Notes under the pieces: generated by a model | Told to the model about the DNA's origin: nothing | What the model saw: only the letters and a program-made list of their open reading frames with translations | Database searches by the model: none | Program-made: the position numbers and the translations under genes | From: Octopus vulgaris | Lineage: Eukaryota | Length of the DNA stretch: 64,000 bases | Assembly (NCBI GenBank): GCA_951406725.2 | Contig: OX597823.1 | Coordinates: forward strand, 43,028,001-43,092,000 | Reading direction: 5' to 3' | Shown: piece after piece, positions 1 to 14,652 of the stretch | Position numbering within the stretch: the stretch's first letter is position 1 | Layout: each line of letters begins with the position of its first letter

Positions 1-445
1 ACATTTCTGCCAGCTCGACGCCTTAATTCTAGCAAAATATTAAGTAACTGAAAAGGAAGCATGTGTCAGCGATAAAAAGGATTGATCGTAGGGGGTAGCT
101 AAGAAAATCTAATAAATGACAAGCATGTCTTTGTCTTCTATGAAATTAGATTTCGGGTGGTTATTTCCTCGGCACAATTATCTTGAAAATAAATTTCATT
201 GGATTCAAATGATAAATAGAACAATGTAACCAAACACCATATTATTGTCTTAACGACTCTATACATAATGTGCGATGATGTTTTCCTCAATTATCGTAAA
301 GGCAGTTGGCTGAAACGCTAAAGCATCAGATACAATCTTTCTCTTTCAAAAATATATTTTTCTTTCAAAATGAGATTGAGTTTAAAAACTCCAGAGGGAG
401 TATTTGTTTATTAACAACATTTGATTGTATGTTTTCAGTTAATTA

Positions 446-481
<36 letters not shown>

Positions 482-495
482 TGTATGTATGTATG

Positions 496-567
<72 letters not shown>

Positions 568-3419
568 TAAATAGGTAACTGCACATACACATGTACAGAC
601 ATACATTACGTTTGTGTATCTATTTTCATGTTCAGTCTCTTTAGTACGCCATTGTTAATGATTTGTACATTGGAGACTCCACCACATAGTGAGAAAGTTT
701 CGTAGATTTAATCAATTCCAGCATAAACGTGGTTCCTATGTCATCAACCCTTACAGTAAAGATAATGCCCTAAAGACTCTATTGCAATTTGAATTAAAAG
801 CTTAAATGAACGTAAGAAATTACAGTGAAATCACATAATCACCATCATAGACCGGTATTCAATCGTTGCTGTTGCTTTACGGATAAAAATTTTATACACC
901 TCCAGATTTATGATTAGAAACAAATTTGAATTTAGAATGCCGTGTTTAATAATAGTTTTAATAAATTTTATCCTAAAATATGTAAGCAAAAATCTGATAC
1001 TTTGCCGGTTCGGCCAACTATTTTTACGATAATGAGGAAAACGCATTTAAACATTATGTACAGAATCGTTAAGACAATAATTTAGTGTGAGGTAACAATG
1101 TTTCATTTATCATTTAGATCCATTGAAATCTATTTACAAGCCTATTATGCTGAGGAAAAGAGTTAATGTCACAAATAATCAAGTGTTATAAAATGAAAAT
1201 TAGTTCTTGAGAAAGAAAACAGGCCACCATGACAGATATTAACAGGAAAAGAAGTAAATGTCTAATATAGGTAAGAAAAGAAAATGGCTAAGAGAATAAG
1301 TCTTGATAATAATCTTCCCCTTAAAACTAATAAGAATATATAACAGAAAACAACAACAAAAAGAAAAATAAGAACTAAGAGTAGGAATTAGGAACGTCAA
1401 GTGGTTATGTGCACCTTGTCTAGAAATAGAGAAGTGAAACTTCGTTCGAAAACATGAAAATTGTTGTTAATTGAAACAAATTCTCATCAGATGGGAGATA
1501 ATTATTTTATTGAATCTATGCTATATTGATTGTAAATATAAATTATCTAATAAGAATCTTGGCTCCAAGCAAAGACATTTTTCTGACTATTTATTTTATT
1601 TTATTTCTATAATTTACCTCGTGTGGTCTTGATTTAAAGGAATATTACGTGGTTTAACGACGTACTTTCCAAAAGGTTTCATGAAGAATTTTTGAAGAAG
1701 TGAAGATAACTGAGTTGTTTAAGATATGAAGGACACATCTGAAGAGGTAAAGTTGAAACAGTATTTAGTTGTAATATAACTTATCAAAGTGGGCACATAC
1801 ACACGAGAGTGCGTACGCCCGCACAATATAACAGCGAATAATCGTTACCAGCGTTATTATGTGTATCTACGCCTCCTTATTCTTTCATTTACTTACACAC
1901 ATAACACACACACACACACACACACACATACACACACATGCATTTACGTCTGCACAAAAATACGTGAGGTGACGAAATTGTCAAATAGGAAGAGCAATAT
2001 TTGTTCACTTTAGATCCCGAGTTTCTACTCCATTAAAACGTGTAAATGTATTTCGCGAGAATCTGCTTGGCTGATAGACAGCTTCGCTATGAAGTTGCAA
2101 ATGGTATACAAACTTCCTATCCAAATACATTATCGCCTCATAATCTCTTAACACTCAGCTATATTACGATCATCTTTAGGAAAACCTGGATTGGTTCAAC
2201 TCTGTATTCTTCTATTTTGGACGGTTTATTGAGATAATTGATATTTTTCGGAGTGGAACATTATTGTATTTTTGAGATTTCTGTGAGACGATACAACGTA
2301 TAGTAGAGGGCCTTTACTATCTATGTTTTGCTGATTTAAAGTCTATTTATTCTGGTAGAATGAACTTATTAGGCATTTGGCATGAAACACATTAATGAAG
2401 TGAAAATGTTTTTGCTAAAATATGTTGTATTTTTAACAATTTATACAGTATTATCTAAAATCTTTCTCCGTATTACCCAGTTCATTTTTGTGGAAAATAT
2501 ATCTTTGTTTTGGTTTGTTTTATGCGATAGTTCTTACATAGAGTTGATTTGATCTTGCTGACGCAAGTTAACACAGTTTATACATAAGCCTGTCTTTGTA
2601 AAGTAATTTCTCTCTCTCTCTTTCTCTCTTGCTCTCGATATGAAGTCAACCAGTGTGAACGTATTTCTCCAGTATTTGGCAATGTGGAAGCTGTGTTAAT
2701 GGATCGGAATTCTTTATGTAATGGTTGCATACATAAAGAAATTGTCTGTGACGTACAGAATTCGAAGCCTAGATGGAACTGCATAGGATCTGAATAATTT
2801 ATTATATTACTAGTACCGATGCATAGTTATTACTGAGTGTGCAATGTTAACGGAGTTGAAGTTAGCGGCCTTGTAGGTTTTTGAAAACTAAGTGTTTTTA
2901 TAGTTCACCTGTTATGTTCATAAGCTGACAGCTCGTTATGGCTTGATTGTTATGCAGATATCATTGACTGTGCTTATTATTGAAGGCGGTATGATTGTCT
3001 TTGTAAAGTAGTAGTATGTCGACCGTTGTAAAAATGGTAATATTACTATTGCACTTAGATACTTATGAGTGTCAGGAAGTAGCTAACAGAGACTGTACAT
3101 TTACTATAGTTATTCTGATATAACCCTAACATATGATTGATGATGACATGGGTAAATGCAATAATGTATGTGGTAAAAGGAGAGAATAAGTGCATATGAT
3201 ATACTTTGTATCTCACACCATAACTCTTTGTCTGTTTATCTATCTATCTATATGTATGTATGTGTGCGTGTAAAATATATATCTATGTGTGTATATATAT
3301 ATATATATATACATGTATATATATATATATATATATGTATATGTATATATATGTATATATATGTGTATATATATATATACACAGCCACACACACATATAT
3401 ATATAAATATATATATATT

Positions 3420-3469
<50 letters not shown>

Positions 3470-3473
3470 TGCA

Positions 3474-3840
3474 GGCATAGGCGTGGCTAGGTGGTAAGAA
3501 GTTTGCTTCCCAAGCACATGTTTCCGGATTCGATCCACTGTGTGACACTTTTGGAAAATGTCTTCTGCAATAGGACTGGGCCGACTAAAGCCATGTGACG
3601 GAAACTGAAATCAGTATATATTTATTTATGTGTGTATGTGCATATTTGTGTGTGTGTGTTTGTGTATGCATGTGTTTCTTTGTGTCGGTATTTGTCCCCC
3701 ACCACCAGTTGACAACTGTTGTTGGTTGGTTTTGTCCCCGTAAACTAACGAATCTGTGAAAGAGAGCGATAGAATAAGTACCAGGCATAAAAAGAAAATA
3801 CAGCATGGCCTCAGTTTGATGACTGAAAGATATAAAATAA
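3474..3840 (+). mobile_element. tRNA-derived SINE, family A (copy 1)
   Basis: Head with A-box (TGGCTAGGTGG) and B-box-like GGATTCGATCC, central (GT)n, and a 3' half (ttgacaac...ccccgtaa...gatagaataagtaccagg...cagcatggcc) shared with copies at 11.9, 19.1, 58.6 and 59.4 kb. Confidence 0.8.
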
Positions 3841-4001
3841 GTTATCCTGCGACGGACCAGCGCTCTATCCAGCCATCTAGCGGGGAATATGTACGCCACT
3901 GAATCCGAGAAACACGCTATATAAGCCTTCCATTTGGAAAGGAGCATTTTGTTTATCTATACACCTTCCTACGGGAAGGACAACGTACCCACTTATCTAT
4001 C

Positions 4002-4082
<81 letters not shown>

Positions 4083-5231
4083 ATCTACTAATAACTTTAC
4101 CCACATTCCTATGTGCCTGTGTAGTGTACTTGCTCGTTCGTTTCTGTTCTGCCTCTCACGATTTCTCTCCCTCACACATTCTCATTTTCTCTCTCTTTCT
4201 CTCTATTTCTCTAGTTCTCTATCTATCTATCTGTCTATCTGTCTATCTATTTATTATTTATCTATACTATATGTATTTTTATCTCTTTTCGTTATCTATT
4301 TTACACATCTCTCCATCTAGATAACTATCTGTATGTATGCTTTTCTATCTGCCATTCTACCTGTGTTGGCTCTCTGTTCATCTATCCATCCATCTCAGAA
4401 AACATTTAGTTAAAAGTCGTGACGCACCTACTAAAATATTTGGCCAACTTTTGCCAAACCACCAAATCTATCATAGAAAATGTTCATTGAAGAAATTATT
4501 GAATTAAAAAGGCGCCATCATTATAATGTAGTTGAAGTTATATATTGCCAAATACCTCAAGGAAAACGAACAATTTGGCAGGCTGAGAAACATCTACTTA
4601 ACAGTAAATATCAAAAAATACTACTTGAATACTGTTGAGGCTTTCATATAACCATATAAAGCCTTTTCTCTTATAAATAATTCTGCAATAACAATCATTT
4701 GTTGGCCTTTGTGTGTGTTGTTACTTGGTGAAAATTAAATTGTATGTATAAGCAGAACTATCTTGTTATTACATACACCATTTTATATTGTTCATGTAAA
4801 CAGACATACATATACTTCCATAAAAAATTACAAGACACATGTAATAAATTAGTTTTGTATTTTATTTAGTGTAGTATGCTGGGATGCTTTATGTTTTTAT
4901 GCGTTTCAAAATTTTAGTAACCATGTAAGTAAATGGAAATCTTTTGAGCCTGAAATCAGTGTGTGGGGGCATGATATTTGTTCATTATTTGTTGCTCACA
5001 AAAACATCAATTTTAGAACAGAGTGAATCTCTTTATGAAGACATAGGAACTAATCTTTCATCAAAACCTTGAATTGTCAGTATCGTTAACGTTAAATTCT
5101 AGCAAAGTTCCACTCGTCCACTATACTCACTCATGTTTATTCAGGTCAAAAGCATTTAAATCAATAACGTCAACCCCCAGAAAAGAATAACTGTACATGG
5201 AAGTATTTATATGTATATGTACGTTTGTATC

Positions 5232-5308
5232 TATATATATATCCCTTCATCGGAGACGATGAAGGGATATATATAGATATATAAAATATTCCAGAAACAG
5301 CTGTAAGA
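5232..5308 (+). ncRNA. Palindrome overlapping a hammerhead-ribozyme-like motif
   Basis: Hairpin cccttcatcg-GAGA-cgatgaaggg extended by AT repeats. The right arm continues cgatga-a-gggata...tattcc-a-GAA-ACAGCTGT-A-agac. Confidence 0.45.
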
Positions 5309-5813
5309 CCTATTTATAAATGTTCTAAAATCTTTCACAGCCTTGGAGTTTTATCTCATTCTGGAAATGTGTGTGTGTGTGTGTGAACGCGTTTTTCTGC
5401 ATGCTTCCGTACATATACCGCCGTTTTGTTTTTAATAGATAAATCATATACGCTATGCGCATCAGCATTGCATATTTTTGTCTATATACATATGTGCAAA
5501 TATAAACGATTCACTTATGTATGTATATAAACTTACATATGTATATGTATATGCATACATATGTGGGGGAATCGAAGTTTCGGCCACTAAGCCATCATTA
5601 GACTGTGCTTCTTATCACAAATGCATCGCAATCCAGTGATGGTTCTACTGGACGGATACTCGAAATCACTGTCAACAATATTCATATTGAACAATAATAA
5701 ATTTTTTGTCTGCCATATGCATTGAGTAATCTTTCAATTAAACCGTAAAGTTGTATTTATCATAGCTTAAAAACAAACATTTGTATATATATGTGTGTAT
5801 ATGTGTGTCTGTG

Positions 5814-5868
<55 letters not shown>

Positions 5869-5869
5869 G

Positions 5870-5908
<39 letters not shown>

Positions 5909-5909
5909 G

Positions 5910-5988
<79 letters not shown>

Positions 5989-6010
5989 CTATATAGATAG
6001 ATAGATAGAT
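5814..6010. repeat. (GATA)n microsatellite at 3' flank of Tx1 element
   Basis: Direct tandem repeat. Confidence 0.95.
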
Positions 6011-8628
6011 AAGTTTCTTTATTGGCCACACAGGGCTGCACACAGATGGGACAAATTACAAGGTAGAGCTTTTCTTTTGGGGGATGAAAAAAACAAAAAA
6101 ACAAAAAACAAAAGAAACAAAAAAAAGTGGCGTAGGTTTTCGATCAAAAGGGATCGTAAAAGGGAAAAAAGAAAAAAGGAAAAGAAACAAAAGAAAAGAA
6201 AAAGGAAAAAAGAAGAAAAAAGAGGAAAAAAGGGGAAGAGGAAAAAAAACGATCAATAGGGATCGTGTATCACAGTGTCATGATGTACGGTGTAAAGCAG
6301 ATAAGGTTTATCCGTGGAAAGAAAAGCATACGAAAATGACCACGGTAACCTTGGTCAATATTGTTATATGTTACCACATTTGTTTGCAAGTAGGTAACCC
6401 TCTGTTTTCAATTTCTGGGTTCATAGGATTATGCTCAAGGTGGCTTCGTCATTCATACGTGCCATCCTTGCTACATTCACCCATCTTTTTTTAAAACATT
6501 CACTAGACAAGACTTGCCTCTCTACTCTCACTTTCCTTTTCAAGTGGTACTTGAAGATGTTGATGAGAGATCGACCAGAGAGGAAAGTGCTTGTCTCCAA
6601 TCCTTTCAGACGCGTCCACTAGATACATTCTTTCGCCATAGCCACAAGGATGATGAACATAGCTCTTCCTTCCCGTTTGAAGGAAAGAGACGTGACAATA
6701 TTGACGATAGACTCGGCTGATAAACCGACTCGTCCCACACGTGACAGCAGTTGTTCGACATAAGCCCACAGATCGGAAATTGTTGGACACTGCATGAGTG
6801 ATTGCAGAACGGTTTTGTCGCTCTGACTGCATCTCGGGCAGGTCGGCCCCGTGTTTCTCGAGTCGTGTCTGTAGAGCTTATCCCGAACGTGTAGCGCTTC
6901 TCGATAGCACTGCCAGGCCAGGGATCTCTGGAAGTTGTCCATGGGCCCTGACCCGAAAGTCGTCCTGAACAGGCGGGTCAGGTATTCCTCGTCGACGTCC
7001 AGGTTCGCCCCGAGCTCGTCGTCGTACCTCCCCTCCACTAATCCCCTATAGAATGCTTTGGTTGTGATGGAGTCACTCAAGGTCGACCCAGGACGGCAGA
7101 GTTGCTTGAGAGCAACGCGACACTCGTGGTGCTATTCGCTCTTCCTCGGCCTCTTTTTGGTCCACGACTGCAGTTCGGTCATGGAGACGAGTTGCGGGAA
7201 AGCGTGCCCCACAAACGGCGACCGCACCTGTTCACCGTCATCTACGAAGAGTCTGAGATGTCGCAATCTCAGCGCGTGTCTGCGCATCATCAACCACGGC
7301 ATGCCCAGTCCTCCTTTTAACGGGTGTTGACAGCAAATGGATCGCCTGACCATCGGGACGCATCCTTTCCACAAGAAGCGAAGGAGAATGCGTTCTAGTT
7401 TGGTGATGGTAGGGACAAGGCACGACGGTCAGGCGGTAGTAGATGACGGACGCGATGTACGTGTTCGCCACCTCTGCCCGACCTTTTAGGGACAGTTTCC
7501 TCTCGGCCCATTGCCGGGCGAGAGTGACTACCCTTCTCGTTATCTCGTTCCAGTTCTTCTCCACTTGGAGGTCGGGACCGAACCAGACCTCGAGTAACTC
7601 GACCGGACCGTCGGTCAGCGTCCCACGACGGAGGCGCTGGTGGGCGGCATGGGCTTGCTTCTCCAGGTGCCTAGTCGCAAGCCCACTGACTTTTCCCGGT
7701 TGATTTTCGCTCCTGTCACCACTTCGTAGTTTTTCAGTGTCTCGCCGACCTGCTCGATGTGCTCGTGGCTAGACACTATGACAGTGACGTCGTCCGCGTA
7801 TGCAGACACGCTCGTCTCGCATCCCAGTTCTCGCGGGAGGCCCCTCAGAGTTGCCAGCTTCCGCAATAATGGCTCGAGAGTCAATACGTATAGAAGCGAC
7901 GAGAGGGGGCATCCCTGACGGACCGAACGTGCGATGTCGAAAGATCTCGATAGATGTCCATTTACGCGAATTACCGAACTGATGCCTCTGTACAAAGCGG
8001 CTATCCAGCCGCGGAAGACGGGACCGAAGCCAGCCGCTCTGAGGACAGCCCCCAAGTATCGACGGTCTACCCTATCGAAGGCTTTCGATTGATCCAAATT
8101 GATCAGCGCCCCACCCATGCCAGATTCGTTAACTACCCTGTCTATGATGTAGCGCATCATGTGGAGGTTGTCATGGATGGTCCGGCCCAGCACAGCGCAC
8201 GTTTGTGCCTTGTCGACCAATTACTCGATGATAAGCGCCAACCTCTTGGCTAACACCTTGGCCAAAATTTTCAAGTCTGTATTAAGCAGAGTGATGGGCC
8301 TAAAGTTATCTATTACATTTCCCTTGTTTAGATCTTTCTTCAGCAGTGTTACGGCTCCTCGGCTCACAAAACCAGGAATGCTCCCGTTTTGCTGCCAGTT
8401 GCAGTACGCCGCTGCCAAGACGTCTCCAAACAAGTCTGGCATACAACTGTAAAGCTCGTAGGGTAGACCATACAAAACCAGCGATTTGTCCCTCGAGCAT
8501 TCTGCCATCGCGTCCTGCACTTCCGCCGCCGTGATGGCACCTTCGCAGTACCCTGCCTCTTTTGTTGAGAGTCGTGGTAGGCTGTGTAGATAGGCTCTGA
8601 AGTCCACCCTACGTTCTTGCCCGCTCAC
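6011..8628 (-). mobile_element. Tx1/L1-clade LINE, 5'-truncated, degenerate ORF2 (RT + C-terminal Cys/His region) and 3' UTR
   Basis: Minus-strand ORF pieces NFRPITLLNTDLKILAK, LDQSKAFDRVD, SVRQGCPLS, AYADDVTV, LSLKGR, HPLKGGLGMP, CPRC. Stops and frameshifts between pieces. T-rich 3' UTR ending CCAATAAAGAAACTT. Confidence 0.92.
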
Positions 8629-8678
8629 CCTCTACTCTATTTCTATCTATGGCTAGTGCTTTGCTGTACCTAATCGCT

Positions 8679-8679
<1 letters not shown>

Positions 8680-8739
<60 letters not shown>

Positions 8740-8750
8740 TGATAGATAGT

Positions 8751-8802
<52 letters not shown>
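8680..8802. repeat. (GATA)n microsatellite
   Basis: Direct tandem repeat between the two Tx1 copies. Confidence 0.95.
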
Positions 8803-8804
<2 letters not shown>

Positions 8805-9370
8805 GTTTCTTTATTGGCCACACAGGGTTGCACACAGATGGGACAAGTTACAAGGTAGAGCTTTTCTTTTGGGGGATGAAGAGAACAAAAAACAAAAGAA
8901 AAAAAGGGGTGGCGTAGGTTTTCGATCAAGAGGGATCGTAAAAGGGAAGAAAAGAACAAAAACAAACAAAAATTGAATAAAATAAAAATAATAAAAAGAG
9001 AAAAAAAAAGAAAAGGAAAAGGAACAAAAGGAAAGAGAAATGAAAAAAGAAGAAAAAAGAGGGAAAAAAAGGGGGAAGAGGAAAAAAAGAACAATCAATA
9101 GGGATCGTGTATCACAGTGTTATGATATATGGTGTAAAGGGGAAAGCAAGTAAGGTTTATCCGTGGGAAGAAAAGCCTACGAAAAAGACCACGGTAACCT
9201 TGGTCAATATTGTTATATGTTACCACATTTGTTTCCAAGTGGGTAACCCTCTGTTTTCAATTTCTGGGTTCATAGGATTATGCTCAAGGTGGCTTCGTCA
9301 TTCATACGTGCCATCCTTGCTACATTCACCCATCTTTTTTTTAAACATTCGCTAGACAAAACTTGCCTCT
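8803..9370 (-). mobile_element. Second, severely 5'-truncated copy of the same Tx1 LINE (mostly 3' UTR)
   Basis: High similarity to 6011-6521 and the same 3' terminus. Confidence 0.92.
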
Positions 9371-9381
9371 AGATAGATAGG

Positions 9382-9455
<74 letters not shown>

Positions 9456-9496
9456 TATAGATAGATAGATAGATAGATAGAGAGAGAGATAGATAA

Positions 9497-9582
<86 letters not shown>
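9371..9582. repeat. (GATA)n microsatellite at 5' flank of second Tx1 copy
   Basis: Direct tandem repeat. Confidence 0.95.
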
Positions 9583-9583
<1 letters not shown>

Positions 9584-10169
9584 TACACATACCTACATAC
9601 AGTCTTGATAAACTAGGCTTCTGAAAGCAAGAGAGAGGAAAGCTGATTCGAAGATTTCAGATCCACTCCATCACTGAAGCTGTAAAAGTCTGTAAAACTT
9701 TACAGAAATGTATTATTATTTAAGTATATATGAGCATGTGTAGACAGGCAACTATATGCGTGAGATCACAAACATCAAACAAAGCATACAAATCTGCACA
9801 TATACATACATACCTGCTTGCATACATACATACATACATACATACATACATACATACATACATACATACATAATATATACATACATACATACATACATCC
9901 ATCCATCCATACATACATACATACATACATACATACATACATACATACATACATACATACATACATACATACGTAGATACAAAAATACACTGTTGATATT
10001 GTTGAAATTCCAGTGAAGCAGCCTTGGATCTAGGTTAGAAACCGATGTTTCTCTATTGAAAATACATACAATCATATACATTCTCACATCCACACATATG
10101 TATTTATCTATCAGTTTTGCGTCTTCAATAAAAATGGAAATAATTGAGACTAATATCAATCATGGAATC

Positions 10170-10700
10170 GACAATGTTGCGGTTATATTACAGAGACTGT
10201 GCACAGTCTGATCTCCCAACACCATAAGCTCACGCACCAGAATCCAGCTTTATAATAGAATAATTCTACCAATAGTTCTTTATGCTAATGAAACATTGAA
10301 GAATACCGTTAAAATACACAGAAAACTATACGTTTTCCATCACAGGTACTTGAGAAGGAATTCTGAAAACGTACTAGGAAGACAACGTAGCTGATAAAAA
10401 TATTCTTAAGAGGCCAAATCGAAATTACTTAGCGAAATTTTCATGGAACAAAGATTGATACTAGCAGGTATCATACTCTGGTTACAAAACTACTCCATTC
10501 TCAAACAACTTTCAAATCGACACCACAGGAGAGCAAAAGATAGTGAGGAAGACCGAAAAGTATATGGCGCAAGACATTCTTAACAGATATGAGAAAGGTC
10601 AATATCACATGGCCGTATGCAGAGAAAATAGCAGTCAATAGAAGCCAATGGCTTCATCTTGCTGCAAAATGTGCTAGAGAGCGCAGCAGGGACTGATACT
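10170..10700 (+). mobile_element. RTE-clade LINE 3' fragment, degenerate
   Basis: Manual translation: RTRIQLYNRIILPIVLYANET, KLYVFHHRYLRR, WRKTFLTDM, AVNRSQW, typical of an RTE ORF C-terminus. Frameshifted. Confidence 0.7.
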
Positions 10701-10724
10701 GATATATAAATGTATATTTATACG

Positions 10725-10811
<87 letters not shown>

Positions 10812-11942
10812 ACGTGAGTGTGCGCGTGTGTATTTCTGGATGGATGAATGGATGTATTTCTCTAACTATTTCTCATGTATGTATTTATCAAAGTACGGGA
10901 GGAAAAGAGAATGGGAAATTGCGAAAGAGGTGCCGCAGTCCTATAAAATGTGGATTGCATTTGAACTTGCAAAATGTTACTAACCACGAATAAGAACTGA
11001 AATCTATATTATAGGCGTCGTCTGCCACGAAATATTAAGAAGCCACGTATTTGTAGAGGGTTTGAAAGTGTTATTTTGTTAATGCTGAGGAAATACGTAA
11101 TGCTACAACCCACTCTACCGAATATTCTATAATTGTGCCTTTATACGACTAAGTTAAGAAGCCTTCCTTGGATGAGGTGGGGGGTCAACATCTGAGGTTG
11201 CAAGTAGTCATTTGACACTATTCTCCTAATGTTAGTTCATGTCAGTAACCAATGAAGCCGGATTAAGTAGGGACACAAAAACGAAGAGCTACATTTTCGT
11301 TGTCTTATCTCTTCTCGTGTGCTTATATATCACTAGACTTTCAAACATTGATAACAACTTTATTAACTCCACAAAATGCCTATATAATGAATTGTATGCA
11401 TGTACTTGTCTTCAAACATATGGCTACTTTTATATGACTAACAACCTCCGTTTTTCTGTGAATGTAGCCTTTTTCTCTGCAAATGTTTTCTTGCAGAATC
11501 TTCTAAACGTCTACAGTTTTCGATGGTTCAACACAATGTCTAAAGACAAGACTGTACCAATATTGGCTTCCAATTTTAAACTATACAGTTATAAAGTTCT
11601 AACATTAAGTCTTCCCAATTAATGGTTTTCAATCAACGCAGATGATGTGTGGATTCCGTATGCTATAATTTTCATTTTAGAATCGAATTAGCTTTTCTGA
11701 ACCATATTTATTTTATCTTTCTTTCTTTGCCACAATTTTTAAATCTCGTTTCCTTCTTACCCATTCTTCTCTGTTATCAGTTTTTCTTTTCGTTATTTCT
11801 TTATCATTTTCACTTTTCTCTTTCCCTTTCCGTCTCAGATGTATTCCTCTTTATTCCAGATCTTGTTAAGTATCTATATCCATCTCCATCATGACAAGTT
11901 GACTTCGTCTTCCTAAACTACAGCCACGCCATTACAACCTAC

Positions 11943-12300
11943 AGCTGTATGGTTAAGAAGCTCGCTTTGGAAGCATGTGATTTTCAGTTCAGTCCCACTT
12001 GTTAGCATCTTGCACAGACGCCTTCTACAATAGCCTTGGGCCGACCAATACCTTGTGAGAGAATTTAGCAGACGGAAACGATGTGTAGGCCAGTTGCGTG
12101 CGTGCGTGCTTGTTCCTCACCAACGTTTGACAACCAGTGTTTGTTTGCGCCCCATAGCATGGCACGTCGGTGAAAAGAGAGTGAGTGAATAAGTATCAGA
12201 CTTGACAATAAGTTCTAGAGTCGATTTATTCGACTAAACACTCTAAGTATGTGCCTCAATGTTGCCACAGGCTAGTGATTGATACAAGTAAAACCTAGAA
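11943..12300 (+). mobile_element. tRNA-derived SINE, family A (copy 2, diverged)
   Basis: Colinear similarity to 3474-3840 and 58620-59020. Confidence 0.75.
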
Positions 12301-14244
12301 ATATAGTAGCCACACGCACAACCATGTACAACATACACGTACACTCACATAAACACACACAAAATTACAAAACATATACGAATTACTCAATTCAAAAACA
12401 TGTTTAAAGGTAAAAATGTTCACCTAATAATTTCTTCCACCTTCTTTGGTCTAGCCTCGCTAATTATCTGTCTATATCTCATAATAAGGTTCTGTTTTTT
12501 TTCTTTTTTATTTCATATTTCCCTACATTTGATTCTCAAGTGTAAAAGATTTTAATCTAAGAGGTCAAATCTTCTAGAAAATTTTGGCTGTTGACTATGA
12601 GTTATTTACAAAATGGTGAAAGGATACTTTTACATCAAGATATATGTGTGTGAAGTGGGGGACATGTATATATATGTGTGCAATTTAAACATTAAAATAT
12701 TTAAGGCTCTCATAACTTTTGCAGGCGAAGATACGGTTTGTTCATTTTTTTCATCCAGTAGTCATGATATTTTATTATAACATTGAGGAAATATTCTCAA
12801 ATATATACGCACAAACACAATATTACCACACTCTTTCTTATTTGTTTTTGTGCTGTGTGTGTGTAGTCTATGTTAGTTTGTGCGTGTCTACATATAGACA
12901 CACGAGCATACACACACATATCAGAATCAAGTGAGATAAGGTAGCAGAATACAAGGCTAAAGAATAACTGACACTTGAAATCTGCTTGTTCCTCTGATAA
13001 ATTTAAATCCTGCAACAGTTGTTCTTGCCTCTCATTCTTCCGAGTTTCATAAAAAGATAACAAATAATCAATGGCTAGTGGAGTTTTATGGTTTGGGCTC
13101 TAGTGAAAGGATGTAAATAGACATAGCAACGAGAACAGATCTGATGTAGGTATCACAAATGAATCAAACTTGTAGAAGTTTTGTGATGGCAAGGAAAGGG
13201 TCAAAAAACATTTGTAGAGTCGTAGTAAAAATGGAATGATGCAACTAACAAACGCTGCATTGCCATTTCAGACGCTCTTCTCTTGTAAAAAGAAAACGTA
13301 AATTTATCTAGAGCATATCAAATGTATAGCTTCGCATTTAGTAATATACCCCTCAAGCACCGTTAACATCAGTCAATATTAAGCTCAGCTGCAACTGGTC
13401 TTGGCCTATATTAGCGGTATTTATCTGTTAATTTATGTGTGTGCGTGTTCATGTGTGTGTGTGTGTGTGTGTACGTAAGGGAGAGAGAGAAAGAAAGTGA
13501 AAGTACGTATGTGTGCAAGTTTTTGTGTGTATGTATGTGAGCACGTCTTTGTGCGTGTATATGCATAGGTCAGGAGAGGGGGGCAGGAAAGAAAGTATGA
13601 TATATTTATCCTTTTAAGTCGCTACTCTGGGTTTCTTGATAATGATCCTCGGGAGATCGACATTGTAGCGAATTAATTTTTTTTGTTAATGTAACCCTTG
13701 CTTGGATTTGTTTGGCACACAATGATTATAACTCAAGTGGAAATCCTTGGTTACACATATATAGGCATATATAGTGTGATTATGTATAAAAATTCATAAA
13801 ATGTAATACGATAAAACAATTGGCAATTTATAAAACACTATTGGGTAAGCATTGTTGGCAAGGAGGAAGTCAAGAGAAAGTTTCTTAGACATTGCTCCTA
13901 TACGATATTTTCGAGGAAATTCTATTAAAAAGCCGTTGCATACATCATCATTCTTGATATATTCGGCAGATTCCTACCTGAATATGTTAATCCCTGTTGT
14001 ATTTTATCATTAAACTTCTCTTTTCAGACAAAGCGAATGTGTATTCATAGCACACTTGCTTTATTGGGATAAGGGATTTCGGGACACCGTTGTTTCGTTC
14101 TTGTGTGCATTTTTCGCGAAAGCTACACGAGATCATTGAGTTTAACAAGGATTTTAGATTTGGTTATTGGATTCAGCAAACAAATTATTTGCTGACGTTA
14201 TCCAACCAACTATGAATCGTTATTAGCATATTTTTGATTTGGAA

Positions 14245-14652
14245 ACCTTACCCTAAAATTAACCCTAACCATAAAACTAACTCTAACCCTAATCTTAACT
14301 CTAATCCTAACCCTAACCAATAACATTAACCCTGATCCTAACCTTAAAACTAACCCTAAGACTAACCCTAACCCTCATCTTAAAACCAACCCTAAAACTA
14401 ACCTTAACGCTAACCCTAAAACTAACCCTAACCCTAAATCTAAAACTAACTATAACCCTAACCCTAAAACTTACCCTAAAACTAACCCTGACCCTAAGCC
14501 TAAAACTAACCCGAGCAGTAACCCTAACCTTAAAACTAACCTTACAACTAACCCTAACGCAAACTCTAAAACTAATCCTAACCCTTACCCTAAAACTAAC
14601 CCTAACCCTTACACTAAAACTTTCCCTAATCCTAACCCCAAAACTAATCCTA
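14245..14652 (-). repeat. Interstitial degenerate telomere-like (TTAGGG)n array
   Basis: About 400 bp of CCCTAA hexamers alternating with AACTAA/CCTTAA variants. Confidence 0.85.

Noticed and set aside
14245-14652. CRISPR array or true chromosome end
   Set aside because: No unique spacers, eukaryotic context, and the array is degenerate and internal
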